DNA of 64,000 bases. Origin: Takakia lepidozioides. Lineage: Eukaryota; Plantae; Bryophyta. Positions 12,913-24,699 of the stretch are shown one piece after another. The DNA lies in contig CM060733.1 in assembly GCA_030704615.1 (NCBI GenBank), positions 60,946,001 to 61,010,000 of the forward strand, written 5' to 3'. The notes below the pieces were generated by a model. The model was not told the DNA's origin. It worked only from the letters and a program-made list of their open reading frames with translations, and ran no database searches. A program made the translations under genes and the position numbers. Every line of letters begins with the position of its first letter. The stretch's first letter is position 1.

Positions 12913-14003
12913 TAGTGACATATAATCTTCATTACTGTTTACAAGCCGTTACTTGGTAATTTTATTTGTATTTCCAAGAGCCTTGCAAACATTGATACTT
13001 CTTATCTATGTGCCATGTAGCATTAGGTAGGGTCTTTTTGGGCCAGGGTTCAAATATGCCACTTAGTGTAGATTGACTGAAATGCAATATAAGCCAATTT
13101 AAGGTTTTCTATTTATGAATGGTGGTTTAAATTTTTTTGGTGGTGTTTGGCATAATTTCTGCCTAGTCTCCAATGATGCCTAAACCCTCCAATTTGCTAT
13201 GTCAATTCTGGGTTATTCGCCTCAACAAGTCTACTAGGTTTTAGGTTCATTCGCCCAATACCCATTCAAAATCTCATATTATCGCCTGCCATTTCCACTA
13301 CGCATTTTGTACAAGCGCCATACATGCTCCTCTAAGGTTCTAATGGATGCCACTTGTGCTACAATGTAAATACCTTAACCCTTAAGCACCCATTCGACCC
13401 GTTTTTGGCCGTTGGTTTTGGTTTTTCCCCTCTGTTTTTCTCGGATTTGAACCGATTAACCTGATTTTTGGAGGGTAGGATGCCAGCCACATGGCACTCA
13501 GGATTCCAACGCGCGATTAGGTTTTTTTTTTGGTTAGGGTTGCAATTTTTGGCTGCGCAAGAGGTGGGGTCTGCTTCTGCAACGATTTTGGCTTGCTCCC
13601 GTGTTTTCAGCGTCGTCTCTCTCCTTCCTGCGCTTTGTCTTGTGCTGTGATCTCGTCTGTTGTGGCGTTCGCGCGTGTTCCATACTTTGTTGCAGGTTGC
13701 CGTTGCAGATGCCTTGACAGGTTGCCGTTGGTGGTCTGCTCCGATTGCATCTTCCATTATCTCTTTCTCTTTCAGTTGAGGAAACTTGGAAATTGTGGCA
13801 CCGCTACAGAAACTGAGCCATAGCTGTGAGAGAGGATGGGCCGGCTTTGCATTGATACTCAGGGTGCGCATTCAAAGCAATGTTCATTGTTTGATACCTG
13901 AGCTAGACTATGCGCAGTTAGGGCATCGTGTAGCTCATCTTTGTGTTTATCTTTGTGTGCATATGCAAATTGGTGGATGAAGGTTGAAGCTACATAGTAT
14001 AAG

Positions 14004-14375
14004 ATGGGTTCGGGTGTGTTGCCTCCCCCTGCACCTGCGCATTTGGAGACTCAAGCTGCATCGATTGCCAAGTGGGCACGCTCACTGGGCGCATCAACCG
14101 AGCAAGTCGAGCGGATTGTCGGGTGCATGAATGAGGACTACCTCTTCTGTTTGAAGAGACCTGCTCGTGTGCGTTGGCCTGGATTTCCACAGCCCTCCAA
14201 CTTTCGTTACTTGTTTAGGCGCCATTGTGCAGAGATTTTGGGTTGGGTAGATCGCAAGGAGGAAGGAGACCCCCTTGGGTTCAGCGCAGAGGTCAACGAC
14301 ATTTTGAGGCTCGAGGTTTGGCCTGACTTCCAGACGTCTTCTGCCAGCCACGATGAGGCTCAAACAGCTGGCTAG
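14004..14375 (+). CDS. piggyBac-borne upstream ORF (123 aa), unknown function
   Basis: ATG-initiated, protein-like composition, inside the element. Preceded by a plausible GT-AG 5'UTR intron (13864-13997). Overlaps the start of the transposase frame. It could be a separate protein or a frameshifted N-terminal part of the transposase. Confidence 0.5.
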   Translation: MGSGVLPPPAPAHLETQAASIAKWARSLGASTEQVERIVGCMNEDYLFCLKRPARVRWPGFPQPSNFRYLFRRHCAEILGWVDRKEEGDPLGFSAEVNDILRLEVWPDFQTSSASHDEAQTAG

Positions 14376-16465
14376 GGAGAGAGGTAATCGTATTGAACCC
14401 TCTTTTGATTTCATGAGTGAGGAGATGGGCAATTCGACCTATTCCTTACGCAACTCTCAAAATCCGCTATGTGATCCTGCTGGTCACTCCCAAACTATGG
14501 AGGTCATAGGGATTTTGGGATCCACAGTGAAGGTGGCAATGGCTGAGCTGCACCTTCAGGATGTGGCATCGTCTAGCAATGCCAACGAATTTGGATATGA
14601 CACTGTGGTAGACAAGACATGGGACATCCTGAATGGTACAAAAAATTATACTGTCTCTTTTTTTGGTGTCCTTGGTGTTCATGTGGTATCCTCACAGTCA
14701 TGTGTTGTGTGTAATATTGATGATTCAATGTTGTGCACTATCCCTGAGCTCTTGGGGTTGGATTCTGAAGCTGAATTGCCTGAGGGGGAAGTAGATGATA
14801 GTGAATCAGATTCTGATTGTGACTATAATCCAGAAGATGATGACCTTGTTGACATCGACAATCCTGACTTGATGGACTACTGTGTTGACACGGGGAATCC
14901 AACGCGTGAGGTGGGATTATATGATTTGCCGCCCAATTGGGAGCAGTGGGGTCCTGCTGAGTTGTTTGGTGATGACATGTGGAACTCCTCTGCTACTGAA
15001 TTGCCAGACATTACATGGTTAGGTGGGGATTCGGGTCCTCGTTTGCCTTTTGGAGATTCAGCAAATCCAGTTGATTTTTTCAATTTGTTTTGGCCATTGT
15101 CGGTCATGCGCCGAATTTGCAGCATGACCAACTTGTATGCCAGGACAGAAAACCAGAATGGAAACCTGAAAGGAGGTAGATGGTGGTACCCTATCACCAT
15201 CCGTGAATTGAAGGCTTGGCTTGCTGTTCACATGCTCATGGGAATCAAAAAATTGCCTAGTACTAGATTGTATTGGAAAGCCAACAATGTCTTCTTCAAT
15301 TGCCCTTCCATCATGCGCATTATGTCCCGCAACCGATGGGAGGCAATTCTGAGGTGCCTCCCACCTTGTTGACAACAAGGATGTATGCATTATTGACACT
15401 GACCCTGTTTTTGATAAGTTAGCTAAAACCAGGTGGTTGCTACATGCACTAAATGGTTTGTATGCCACCTACATGAGCCCTGAGCAGAATTTGACTGTGG
15501 ATGAGCAAATGGTGAAGTACAAGGGCAAATATGCCCGAATCCAGCAATACCTAAGCAAGAAGCCTGTGCAGTGGGGTCTGAAGGTGTGGTGTTTGTGTGG
15601 TGCATGTTCCAAATATGTTCAGAAGTTAGAGGTTTACCTTGGGAAGGATGATGGGAATGATATGACCCATGGCAGTGGATATGGCGTGGTGACAAGGTTA
15701 CTAGAAGGATTTGAGGGTAAGGGCCATATTGTAACGATGGATAATTTTTTCAGTAGCCCCATCCTGTTCTATGATTTGGCAGCAAAACAGATCTATGCTA
15801 CTGGCACGGTAAAAACCTCCCGAGTGGGCTTTCCTACGTGCCTTGATTTGGGGAAGAAGGGTGAGAGAGGTAGGCTGGAATATCGTGTTCACATAAGTGA
15901 CAAAGTAGCCGCTATTGCCTGGATGGATGCCAAGTTGGTGACCATGATTTCCACTGCCATTTCCCCTGTCGGTCCTGATTGCTTCATACAAAGATGGCAC
16001 AAAGGGGCAAGACGTGATGTGCCTACCTCCCCTATTGTGGTTCATTACCAGCAGCATATGCGGGGAGTGGATGTTCAGGATCAGCTACGGGGTTACTACT
16101 CTATTCAGACCAGGGACCATAAATGGTGGCACCGCTTGTACTTTCATGGAGTTGACACTTCTTTGGTGAATGCTTACATATTGTACCTGGGTTTTATGAG
16201 GGGAAAGGGCCACATTCCTCTTAGCCACATGCTTTTCAATTTGGAGGTTGCAAAGGGACTAATTGTGGGGTGGGTTCCTCCCAGGAGAACAGTAATGTCA
16301 GGGGCAGATGTGCCCAACCCGGGGTCTGTGCATTTCTCCCTCAAGACTAGTAGGAGGAGGAAGTGTGTTCAGTGCGGTATGCGTCAAAGGTATTTTTGTC
16401 ACGCGTGTGGAGATGTGTATATGTGCTTTGGACGATGCTTTGTCAAGAGCCATAGCCTTCTCTGA
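14353..16465 (+). pseudogene. piggyBac transposase (DDD type), interrupted by a 1-bp frameshift
   Basis: Acidic N-terminus, then PVDFFNLFWP..ELKAWL..MGIKKLP..LYW..MSRNRWEAILRCL. An extra C at 15360-15362 breaks the frame; removing it gives RCLHLVDN..DKLAKTRWLL. Catalytic motifs LTVDEQM, VTMDNFF and MRGVDVQDQ are present, plus the C-terminal Cys-rich domain CVQC..FCHAC..MCFGRCFVKSH. Confidence 0.92.
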
Positions 16466-16881
16466 TTATAGATACTTCTATGTTCGGTAATTGATATGGT
16501 TGATTTCTTACTGCACTGATGTGGAGACCTTTGATGCCAAAGAGGGGGTATCCTCCTTACGACACTTTTTCTATGTAGTGGTGTTCTGTCTTTTTCTAAG
16601 CAGTGGTGTGTTTGGGGGTTGGTTTGTTGTTGGTAGCCATGAAACGTTTGTACTGAGGATCCAGCCGTAGAGAGTCGCTTGACAGTCCAAGGAGAGGTAT
16701 GATTTTGTGGTTGTGCAGTATTGGGGTTCACTGAGTCCTGATCTGAATGGTTTGTTTGCTACTCCAGCTTTTTGCCTTGGTGTTCATGTAGCTCCGAGGT
16801 CTTTGTTGCAACAATTTTGTGTTTCAATTAGGACTGAGTCCATTTTCTTTGTGTCTAGTATAATTATGTGGTAGTCCCCCA

Positions 16882-17160
16882 GTCAAGCGGGGGTGCGCAC
16901 AAGGGTGGAGACTCCTTCCCTCCCTAGGGAGGAGTCTCCCCCCTTGTGTTCATGTGTGAGTTGCCAATTGGGGCAAGTTAGTGGGTTCAACTCCCACTCA
17001 CACAATTCGGCGTGTAAATGTGGGTTCATCTCTAGTTTTTCTGAGTCTGATTTGATGCTAGTGTTGGCCACATGTTGGTCTTTCTTTGTGTGAGCTGCCA
17101 GTTGGGGCATGCCACTGGGTTCAATTCCCACTCACACATTTTGACCCCCCTTACTTTGAC
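16882..17160 (+). other. Structured non-coding domain in the piggyBac 3' region (long hairpin plus two 52-nt tRNA-like units)
   Basis: Near-perfect ~23-bp hairpin at 16898-16948. Direct repeats at 16953-17004 and 17087-17138 each fold into an 8-bp closing stem, a TGCC-ARTTGG-GGCA arm and a TGGG-TTCAAYT-CCCA arm. Confidence 0.6.
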
Positions 17161-19874
17161 CAGGTGTAAATCAGAAAATATGAATCCATTTTTTGCATTC
17201 TATGGCTCATCAGAATGCTAATGTGCTGGACAACACTTGTAAGCAGGATGAGATCCTGCAGATTTCATCCCGTCAGTGAAAATTGCAAATTCCTCCAATT
17301 TCCCTTATTGTTTTGGGAGGGGCCCAAAAAATGGGCCCCACACTCAAGGGTGGCGTTTCTCGGATTTTCGCCTGATTGGCCTGCAAATTTACCGGTGTTT
17401 GGAAGGGGTAGGTATGAGCATAATGTCCGGTCAATTTTCCCAAAACTTTTTTTTCGCTGAGATATTCTCATTTTTCTGAGCTGGGGTCCACTTTTTTCAA
17501 AAAGTCAACATTGGGCACTGGGCGCTTAAGGGTTAAAAGAAACGCAGATTGCAAGTCTGCGCGATGGCAGCTGCTCCATCATTGCTCTCTGTACGAGTTC
17601 TATCTCTCTCTCTCTCCCTTGCACGGCACACAAGCTGCACGTTGGCATGCAGTGGATGGATGAGCGCTTCCGTAACGGACGAACATCTATTCATCTGCGT
17701 AGCATAACCCTAAAAAGTGACCGGCATTGAAAGGTCATAAATGGGGAAAGTAAGTTGCAGGTTCAAACCCCGCTCCTTGTCTGCGCAGAGGGAACAGAGC
17801 GATTAAGTGCGGCCCGATTCATACTGACACCACTAATGGGCCCCCGCCACCACCCCGTTTATGGGGTTTGTACGCTTTGGGACCTGGATTCAATGAGGGA
17901 AACTTCCGCCACGTCATGTTTTGTTTGCAGGCATTAATGGGCGACCCCGCCCAAGGGGTGGGGACAAAACCCAATTGGGACATGAATGACTGGTTTTATT
18001 ATTTATTATTCCGGCCCAACGAGTCACGACCCCACCTCCCTCTCTCTGCATGGACAATTATTTATGTCCCCCCCATTTATGGGACCCCGATTGTGACGCC
18101 ACATGGGAGCAGCACTTGATGGAACCCAAATTGGGACAGCCCCGGTGCCATGTCAGACATGTCGGCGGGAAACGGGCCCCGTCAGCACACTTGAGGTGCC
18201 CAAAATCCAGCATGGTTTCTAGTCTTTACTGCTCTTCAATATGCGCGGGTACGGTAATAATACTTTTAGGTCACCGAGAATATATTTGAGAATATTCATA
18301 CTTTGATGAGACTGGATTGATACGCATCCGTCCATGCATCCAGTCATCGCTGCCAGGGAAACCGTCTGAACCCGGTCGCCAGGAAGGTGGGCAGTTAGTG
18401 AGTAGCTAGTGAGATCTGAACTGACTAGTGCATGAATCTGTGGAGGCAGTTCTGCATTGAAGGCTCTACCTACTAATCCGATTTTGTCTCACTAATCCGA
18501 TCCTGTCGCACTCTGTTAGTGACTTGAGGGGGTGTATTAGTGACTAGATCCTGAGGAGGTGAACAACTAGGATCGTATTAACGTATTAACGCTGAAATCA
18601 TTAAACCCAGGGTGGCGGTAACCGGAGGGGGCCGGTGGTAGCCGCCAGATGCCCGGCTGGTGCCGGTAGGAGCGTAACGACTAACGACTAACGACCTTCT
18701 GACTGATGATCCATCCCAAGCTTCATGAAATGCTCCTCTCCTTCTCTCCCTTTCCTTCTTCCTTATTCTTTAGATCTTTCTTCCTTATTAGCAGCAGTCG
18801 GTACTTACATGGAATCTGCCTATTGCTTGAGCATTGGTGAATCAAGCTCGGGCCAATTGACTTTATGGAGCTTTTTGACATCAATTTCTCGTGGGTTTTA
18901 GACTTCCTCTACCAGCTGGTGTCACTTTGACATGTTTATGGCGTGATCTGCAGCAGCAGTGACTCAAATGCCAAGGAGAACCAGCGGTTCAACCTCCACT
19001 TGAGTTCAGTAAATTATGAAACATCTGCTGATCACACCCACACCGGAGGTCTGGAGATCGTACACACATGTAAACACATTGGTGAGTAAAAGGAGCACTC
19101 GCGTTGTCTTTTGGCTCAGCTGTGTTTTATGGGTGGGTTCAATATCATATCCAGCCATCATGCTCGCTCATAACTGCGTTCGTTAACTAATAACATTTCG
19201 CCGGCATAGTATTTCCACCAAGCAATTTTGTCGCGATCAATAACTCGGTTTCAAATGAAGAATCAAACCTGTTGTTTACTTCAGAGTCATTTGCTGAGCT
19301 GCCAGTATGGGTCGCGCCACTCCCACTAATATTCCATGCAATTTTCAGATCCACACTTGATGGTGGCAGTGGTAACTTAATTCCATGGCAAAACGAACCC
19401 AATTCCGTAGGACTGGAGTACTTACTGAAAATTGTAAAGAGTGAAAGCCATGCATAACTTACTGGGTTAGTCACTCCAAGTCCTGCCACCAGCTGACACT
19501 CCTTTTGTTCAGAAATAATAATTCCACCAATAGTCATGTTCCACCCCATCCAGTGCCAAGAGCAGTAAGAGCTCTTTAAGGAGGGTCTTAAACCCAGGGC
19601 AACGAGCCACCTGCATAGAGTACTAACTGCCTCTAAGCAGCCCCCATGGATTGAGTCTCAAGCATCTTTGGGCCCGTTGTTGGCTACCGTACTCTGAGAT
19701 GGCAGACTGTCGATCACAGGCATTCAAGATGAAGTGGTTCAGCCCACGCTTGCAAACTGTATTGTATGGGAGTGTATAATTGGCCATCATTGGACACTTC
19801 AATCGTTCTACAATCAACCCCTCCAGCCTGTTTTGCATCCATCAACAAATACTTGGGCATTTCCACAAATGTTT

Positions 19875-20097
19875 AAAAAAAAAAAGGAAACCTGGGAGCG
19901 ACAGCCCACAATTCAGGCCCTTGAGGAGGGGGAAAAATTAACCCCCTTTCAGATAAGCCATTAAGGCACACAGGTGGGAAACGTCACCACCAGACCAGCC
20001 GGTCACGAACAATCCACACACCAGGCAGGGCAGCGGGTTTGAACCCCGAACCACCAGGGCGACACACCGTGCACTTACCAGCTGAGCTACCAGCTGA
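19875..20097 (-). mobile_element. tRNA-derived SINE
   Basis: Minus strand has A box TAGCTCAGCTGG and B box GGTTCAAACCC. The 3' body GGGCCTGAATTGTGGGCTGTCGCTCCCAGGTTTCC is shared with the other two copies. Ends in a T11 tail. Confidence 0.8.
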
Positions 20098-21539
20098 TGT
20101 GCACACATTTGGCTGGACGGCCTTGGGGCTCTCTGTTCTCAATTATTATAGACTAAAATTCAATCATTTATAATTTTCAACAATTTTCTTTCTTATTTCC
20201 TCAACTGGAAGTCCAAACTCCACCAGAACAAAACAAAGAAAACTCACAAATATATGCATAACGGGGCTGTCGCCCGGTGGAAGACATCCTGCGCGTGTCC
20301 CCGAAGGTCAACAGTTCAATACCCTATGGTACTGACTCTGTCTGCATTCTGGCTCTGGCTCGTGTTTGCTGTTTTCCCCCATCCTTGGGAAATAAAAACA
20401 CGTATGGGTTTCACATGCTTTGCTAATTTCACAAATAATCATGAATCACATGTGTCTTCAATTAATCTTGTAAGAATTGCTTGGACTATGTTTTTATTGG
20501 CTCCTCTTTATTCTAAAGACAGGCCCCGCATGTATCAAAAATCCATGATGTGCCTTCTCCAGGTAACACATCCCTCGACATCTCTCTTATTTGAAAAATA
20601 AATGGATGAATTTTCAAGAGGTTTATTTTGGATGAAAGTACTTCCAACTACCTTATTCACAAGGAGGAGCCAAATGCCACTAGCCGCTTGGGACATATTT
20701 TCCCCTTTATTTAAATGGCTGTGTTTGGGTATGTTTGGGTATCAGTCATTGCAGTATGTGGGGATAGTATGGTGGGGGGCGGCTGTGTAACTGCCAGCAA
20801 GATGATATGCTAAGCAAGCCATCAGATCCCTTACAGCTCTCATCTCTAACAAGCGAAAACCACAACAAGTTCACGCATAAGGTCTAGGTTATAGGTGCTA
20901 CGGCTCCTCTATCCCTATAGGCCCCCACTCCCAAAGGGGCAGAAGTGGCTCTTAGTTACGCCTGCTCTTGCCGGAGTCTTCTCTCTCTTTCATTTCTGTC
21001 TATAAAATATATTTAGTATTGTGCACAAGTTTTGTTTGAATTCTAATAATGATTGATTTTATTTTTATTTTTATAGATTTTTTTAAAAAAAGTATTTGCT
21101 TTATTTTTGAAATTTATCAGTATGTCATGCCTTCTGGCGGGCTTTTGTGGGTTTTAATTTTTTCTCACACAACTTGAAAGAAAATGATATTATTTCTCCA
21201 AAAACAAATATTACATGTATTAGTCTATCAAAAATACCTTTTAATTCTGTACAGGTGAATTTTCAAAATATTTCGGAATGTAATATATCAAGCCATTAAA
21301 AAACAAAATCTCAAAGTTCTAGATAAGTTAAAACTAAGTGAGTTCTTCCAAAGTCTGTACGAAATTGTTGGTATATTATTTATCTAATTGCAATATCAAA
21401 ATCACTTGCGCAGATAAATCCTGAGGCATATCATTGTAAAGTTGGTCTGATACTCAACTGTAGATATTAGTTCAATGACATGTCAATATGAGATTAAAGA
21501 ATGAAAATTAGAAATCAACAGCCGTTATCTTTTCACTTC

Positions 21540-22090
21540 CTTGACTCACAATATTTTACGACATCTCCACTATTGTAGCTTGATGTACCTATATGTAAGT
21601 CAAAGACTTAGTTAGATGTATTTTTATTATCACATTTCTAAGAGTTATAATACTAATTAAAATTATTGAAGGGAAAAAAATTCAAACCCTTAGTGTGCCC
21701 CAAGGCTGCCATAAGGCTCCAAAGGGCTTCCTCCCCTTTCTCCAATATATATATATATACTAATTACAAAATTATCCCACTACATTGATCACAAGTATCT
21801 TTCTAATCACTAATGTGATTCGACTGTTTTAACTTACCATTACACAACTTCCATGTTAGTTTCAAATAATATATTTGAACACTCAAACTTATTGTACTAA
21901 TTAGCCACCAAGTTGATAAGTTGGTATATGAAGAAGCGTTCGATTTTCTTTCCATTGTTTCTTATTTTCTCTAGATCAAAATCAAATAAAAAAATGGCAT
22001 GAAGAATTGTTGTAAGATGTTTATTGAAGTCATAGAAGCTTATATTAAAGAGTAAGATTTTAAGATACTTCAACAATCCACCAAGGAACA
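21540..22090. repeat. AT-rich dispersed repeat (copy 1)
   Basis: Collinear inverted similarity to about 32500-33040 (e.g. ACACAACTTCCATGTTAGTTTCAAATAAT). Contains a ~90-bp insert at about 21667-21756 with a (TA)n tail, flanked by a near-duplicated ATACTAATTA..AAATTAT. Confidence 0.65.
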
Positions 22091-24699
22091 AGTGACACCA
22101 TCAGCCCGGATGATTTGAGTGCGTGTTATGAAACACATCAATGAATCACATAGGATGATGGTGTGAAATCGTCATGGACGGATTATGCGAATATCTTGAG
22201 TTCCCTCGGTGTAACTGACATGAAGTAACTCACTATGCCTGCATAATCCTCACAGCTTCAAATGACAACATCTTCGTTGTTGATTACATGAGCATAAAAA
22301 AAACATTACTCCGACCAATGACAAATGGCACTGCTGAGGTAATATAACAGTAAGGCAGTCGGCTAGAGAACCAGGACGATGATGAAGTCCGCTTTTCAAA
22401 CCACGCGTGATCGCGCGACAGATCTCTGCATGCACCACCATTGAAAACCACAACGAACAGAGTGCATCCCGATTTCAATGAACCACGATGGTGCTGTCAG
22501 TTCGTCAAGGAAGGAATTTGAAAGCCACCAAAATTACTTCAATCCATTTGAAGAGAGGTTTTCACAATCCGCCCAATCGTAAAATTTCTTCTCTTTAAAT
22601 ATTATGAAATAATTTTGGAAGTCTCGACAGTGCGTTTTGCACCACCTGACAGCATCTTTGGTCGGATTTAGTATACAACAAACTCCTCCAGTTTTCAAAG
22701 CCATTTATAGCAGGGTTGCGCTGCGACAAACTGGCCATGTGGCAATTTTGTATTTTTGCTTCATACTCGTCTTTTAGAAGACGTGACAACGGCGCATAGC
22801 TGGAGGCACATAGATTTCGGAAGTCAGTTTATTAGGGTGAGTTTTGAGCTACGAAAACACTTTACTGATCTTTTGAGTCCCCACCACCCACCCAGACCTT
22901 CTTCCGTGGAGTCTGTTTTGGTGTGATAGCTGCATTCCCCTGAGTTCATGACAGATTCTGATATACTAGAAATTTGTTGAGCATTGATTTTGTGATGATG
23001 CTTTTCTTTGAAGTGCCAAATATCTCCTGTTCCACCCAAAAACCCAATAATAATATTAAGATGAAGCTCATTATTGATTTAGGTGTAGATGGTAACAGCG
23101 CATTGTTAGAGATTTGAGGTATAGTTTCTAATAGTGACCCAACCTATGTATTAGATTAGGACGTGGCAACATCACAGTTGGAGGAGATATGTGGGAACAC
23201 AGTATTGGCGCAGTCACTTCTCAGACAGGAATGCGATCACTATAGGCCCCACGAGATCTTCTCGCCAAAATCCAATGACTCCACTTGAGTGATTCTTCCT
23301 TCCTTGCCTCGAAAAGGTCGAGTTAGTGGATGGTGCTTTCAAATGTTTGTGAACAACGATCTTAAAATTCAGCAAAAATTGAGTACTAGAATATTTTAGT
23401 GTTTGACAATTTGGCCCATAATATATGAAAATTGCATACAAGCTATTGCCCACTTTATCATTAACATGTAAAGGCCAACCCAACCCATGTATTGGGTTAG
23501 GTAGCAGCCTTGAGGCTACATGAAGTAGTTGGAGAAATGAAAGTGGCTAAATCTATCCTTACCAAGGACTAATGCTTGATTCGATTGCGATAGTTGGAAC
23601 AATTTGCAATCCCCTGGGATCACATGATAATCTCAATAGTGATTTGTGTAGTTTTGAGCATCTGCGATTGCAAAATAAATAAAATATTGGTAAACACCAC
23701 AGATCTCACAAATATTTTATACCTCGAACAATGATCGCATATATTCGCGGTTTGAAAAAAGTTATAAAATCAGTTCTTGCAAAGACAAAATTAATCTAAA
23801 ATTAGAGTTTTTATTTTTATTTTTATTTATTGTAGTGAACACACACAAGAGAAGGAGAGAGAAGAATGAGATGAAAACTTGTCAGTTTGCTCATCATTCA
23901 AATTTTATCTATAATATTTTTGCGTTGCAAAGGGAAAAATCGAGCAGATATGACTTAATTACAAATTGAATTAAGGATGTTGAAATGAAAAGTTTGAACA
24001 AATGTGAAGATCAAAACTGTATTGATTGAACAAAATTGCAATGATTTCGAAATATCTTCAATACAGTTGTTTGAAGTCATGCTCCCTTCTTGCATAATCC
24101 GATCTCCAACAATTGACAGTAACCTCGTGGTGTATTTTTTGGTTTCTATATCCTTCGTTTAGAGATTCATTATTCTTTTGAGGAACACCAACGATTAACA
24201 TCGCGCGATCACGCGTGTTTTTCTAAGAGCTGACCTGTTCTGATGTCCATCATTACACACCAAAATGGTGTTATGAGGAGGCAGAATGTTAGCAATTGAA
24301 CGTCAATCTCAAGCGTCATTCTCGTCGTTTTCATGTGGATGGGAAAACAAAGAAGGAACACCGTCACAAACAATCTGTGCAAACAATTTCAACAATCATA
24401 TGTACTTCAAAGTGTTTGATACTGCCTATGTTCATGTAGCTGATTTCTATATGAGTCTTTTTGCTATTCCCATGCCAACAACATCAGGTCCACTGAGACT
24501 GCCATATTCCGAATTCGGTATCAGGCACCACCTACATGAAACCATCAGCTAAGAATGAAATCTCCAGTTCATTCAATCCCAGTCCGGAGAAATATCTCAA
24601 GCTGCTGGCCGACTACTTGTGGGTTAGGGTGTTTCTTTGGAGTCGCATACAATGAATCGAAGATCTAGTTCTAAGTTGACATGCAGCTGATAGTTTTAT

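Larger units (their letters stand above)
13379..17532 (+). mobile_element. Full-length piggyBac DNA transposon (4154 bp)
   Basis: TTAA at 13375-13378 and 17533-17536. TIRs CCCTTAAGCACCCA versus reverse complement CCCTTAAGCGCCCA (13/14). Encodes a piggyBac-type transposase. Confidence 0.95.

Noticed and set aside
16953-17138. Bona fide tRNA genes
   Set aside because: Units are only 52 nt and lack an anticodon arm; reported as tRNA-like structures instead.
20030-20097. tRNA gene
   Set aside because: A and B boxes are present, but there is no proper cloverleaf and it is followed by a shared SINE body and tail.
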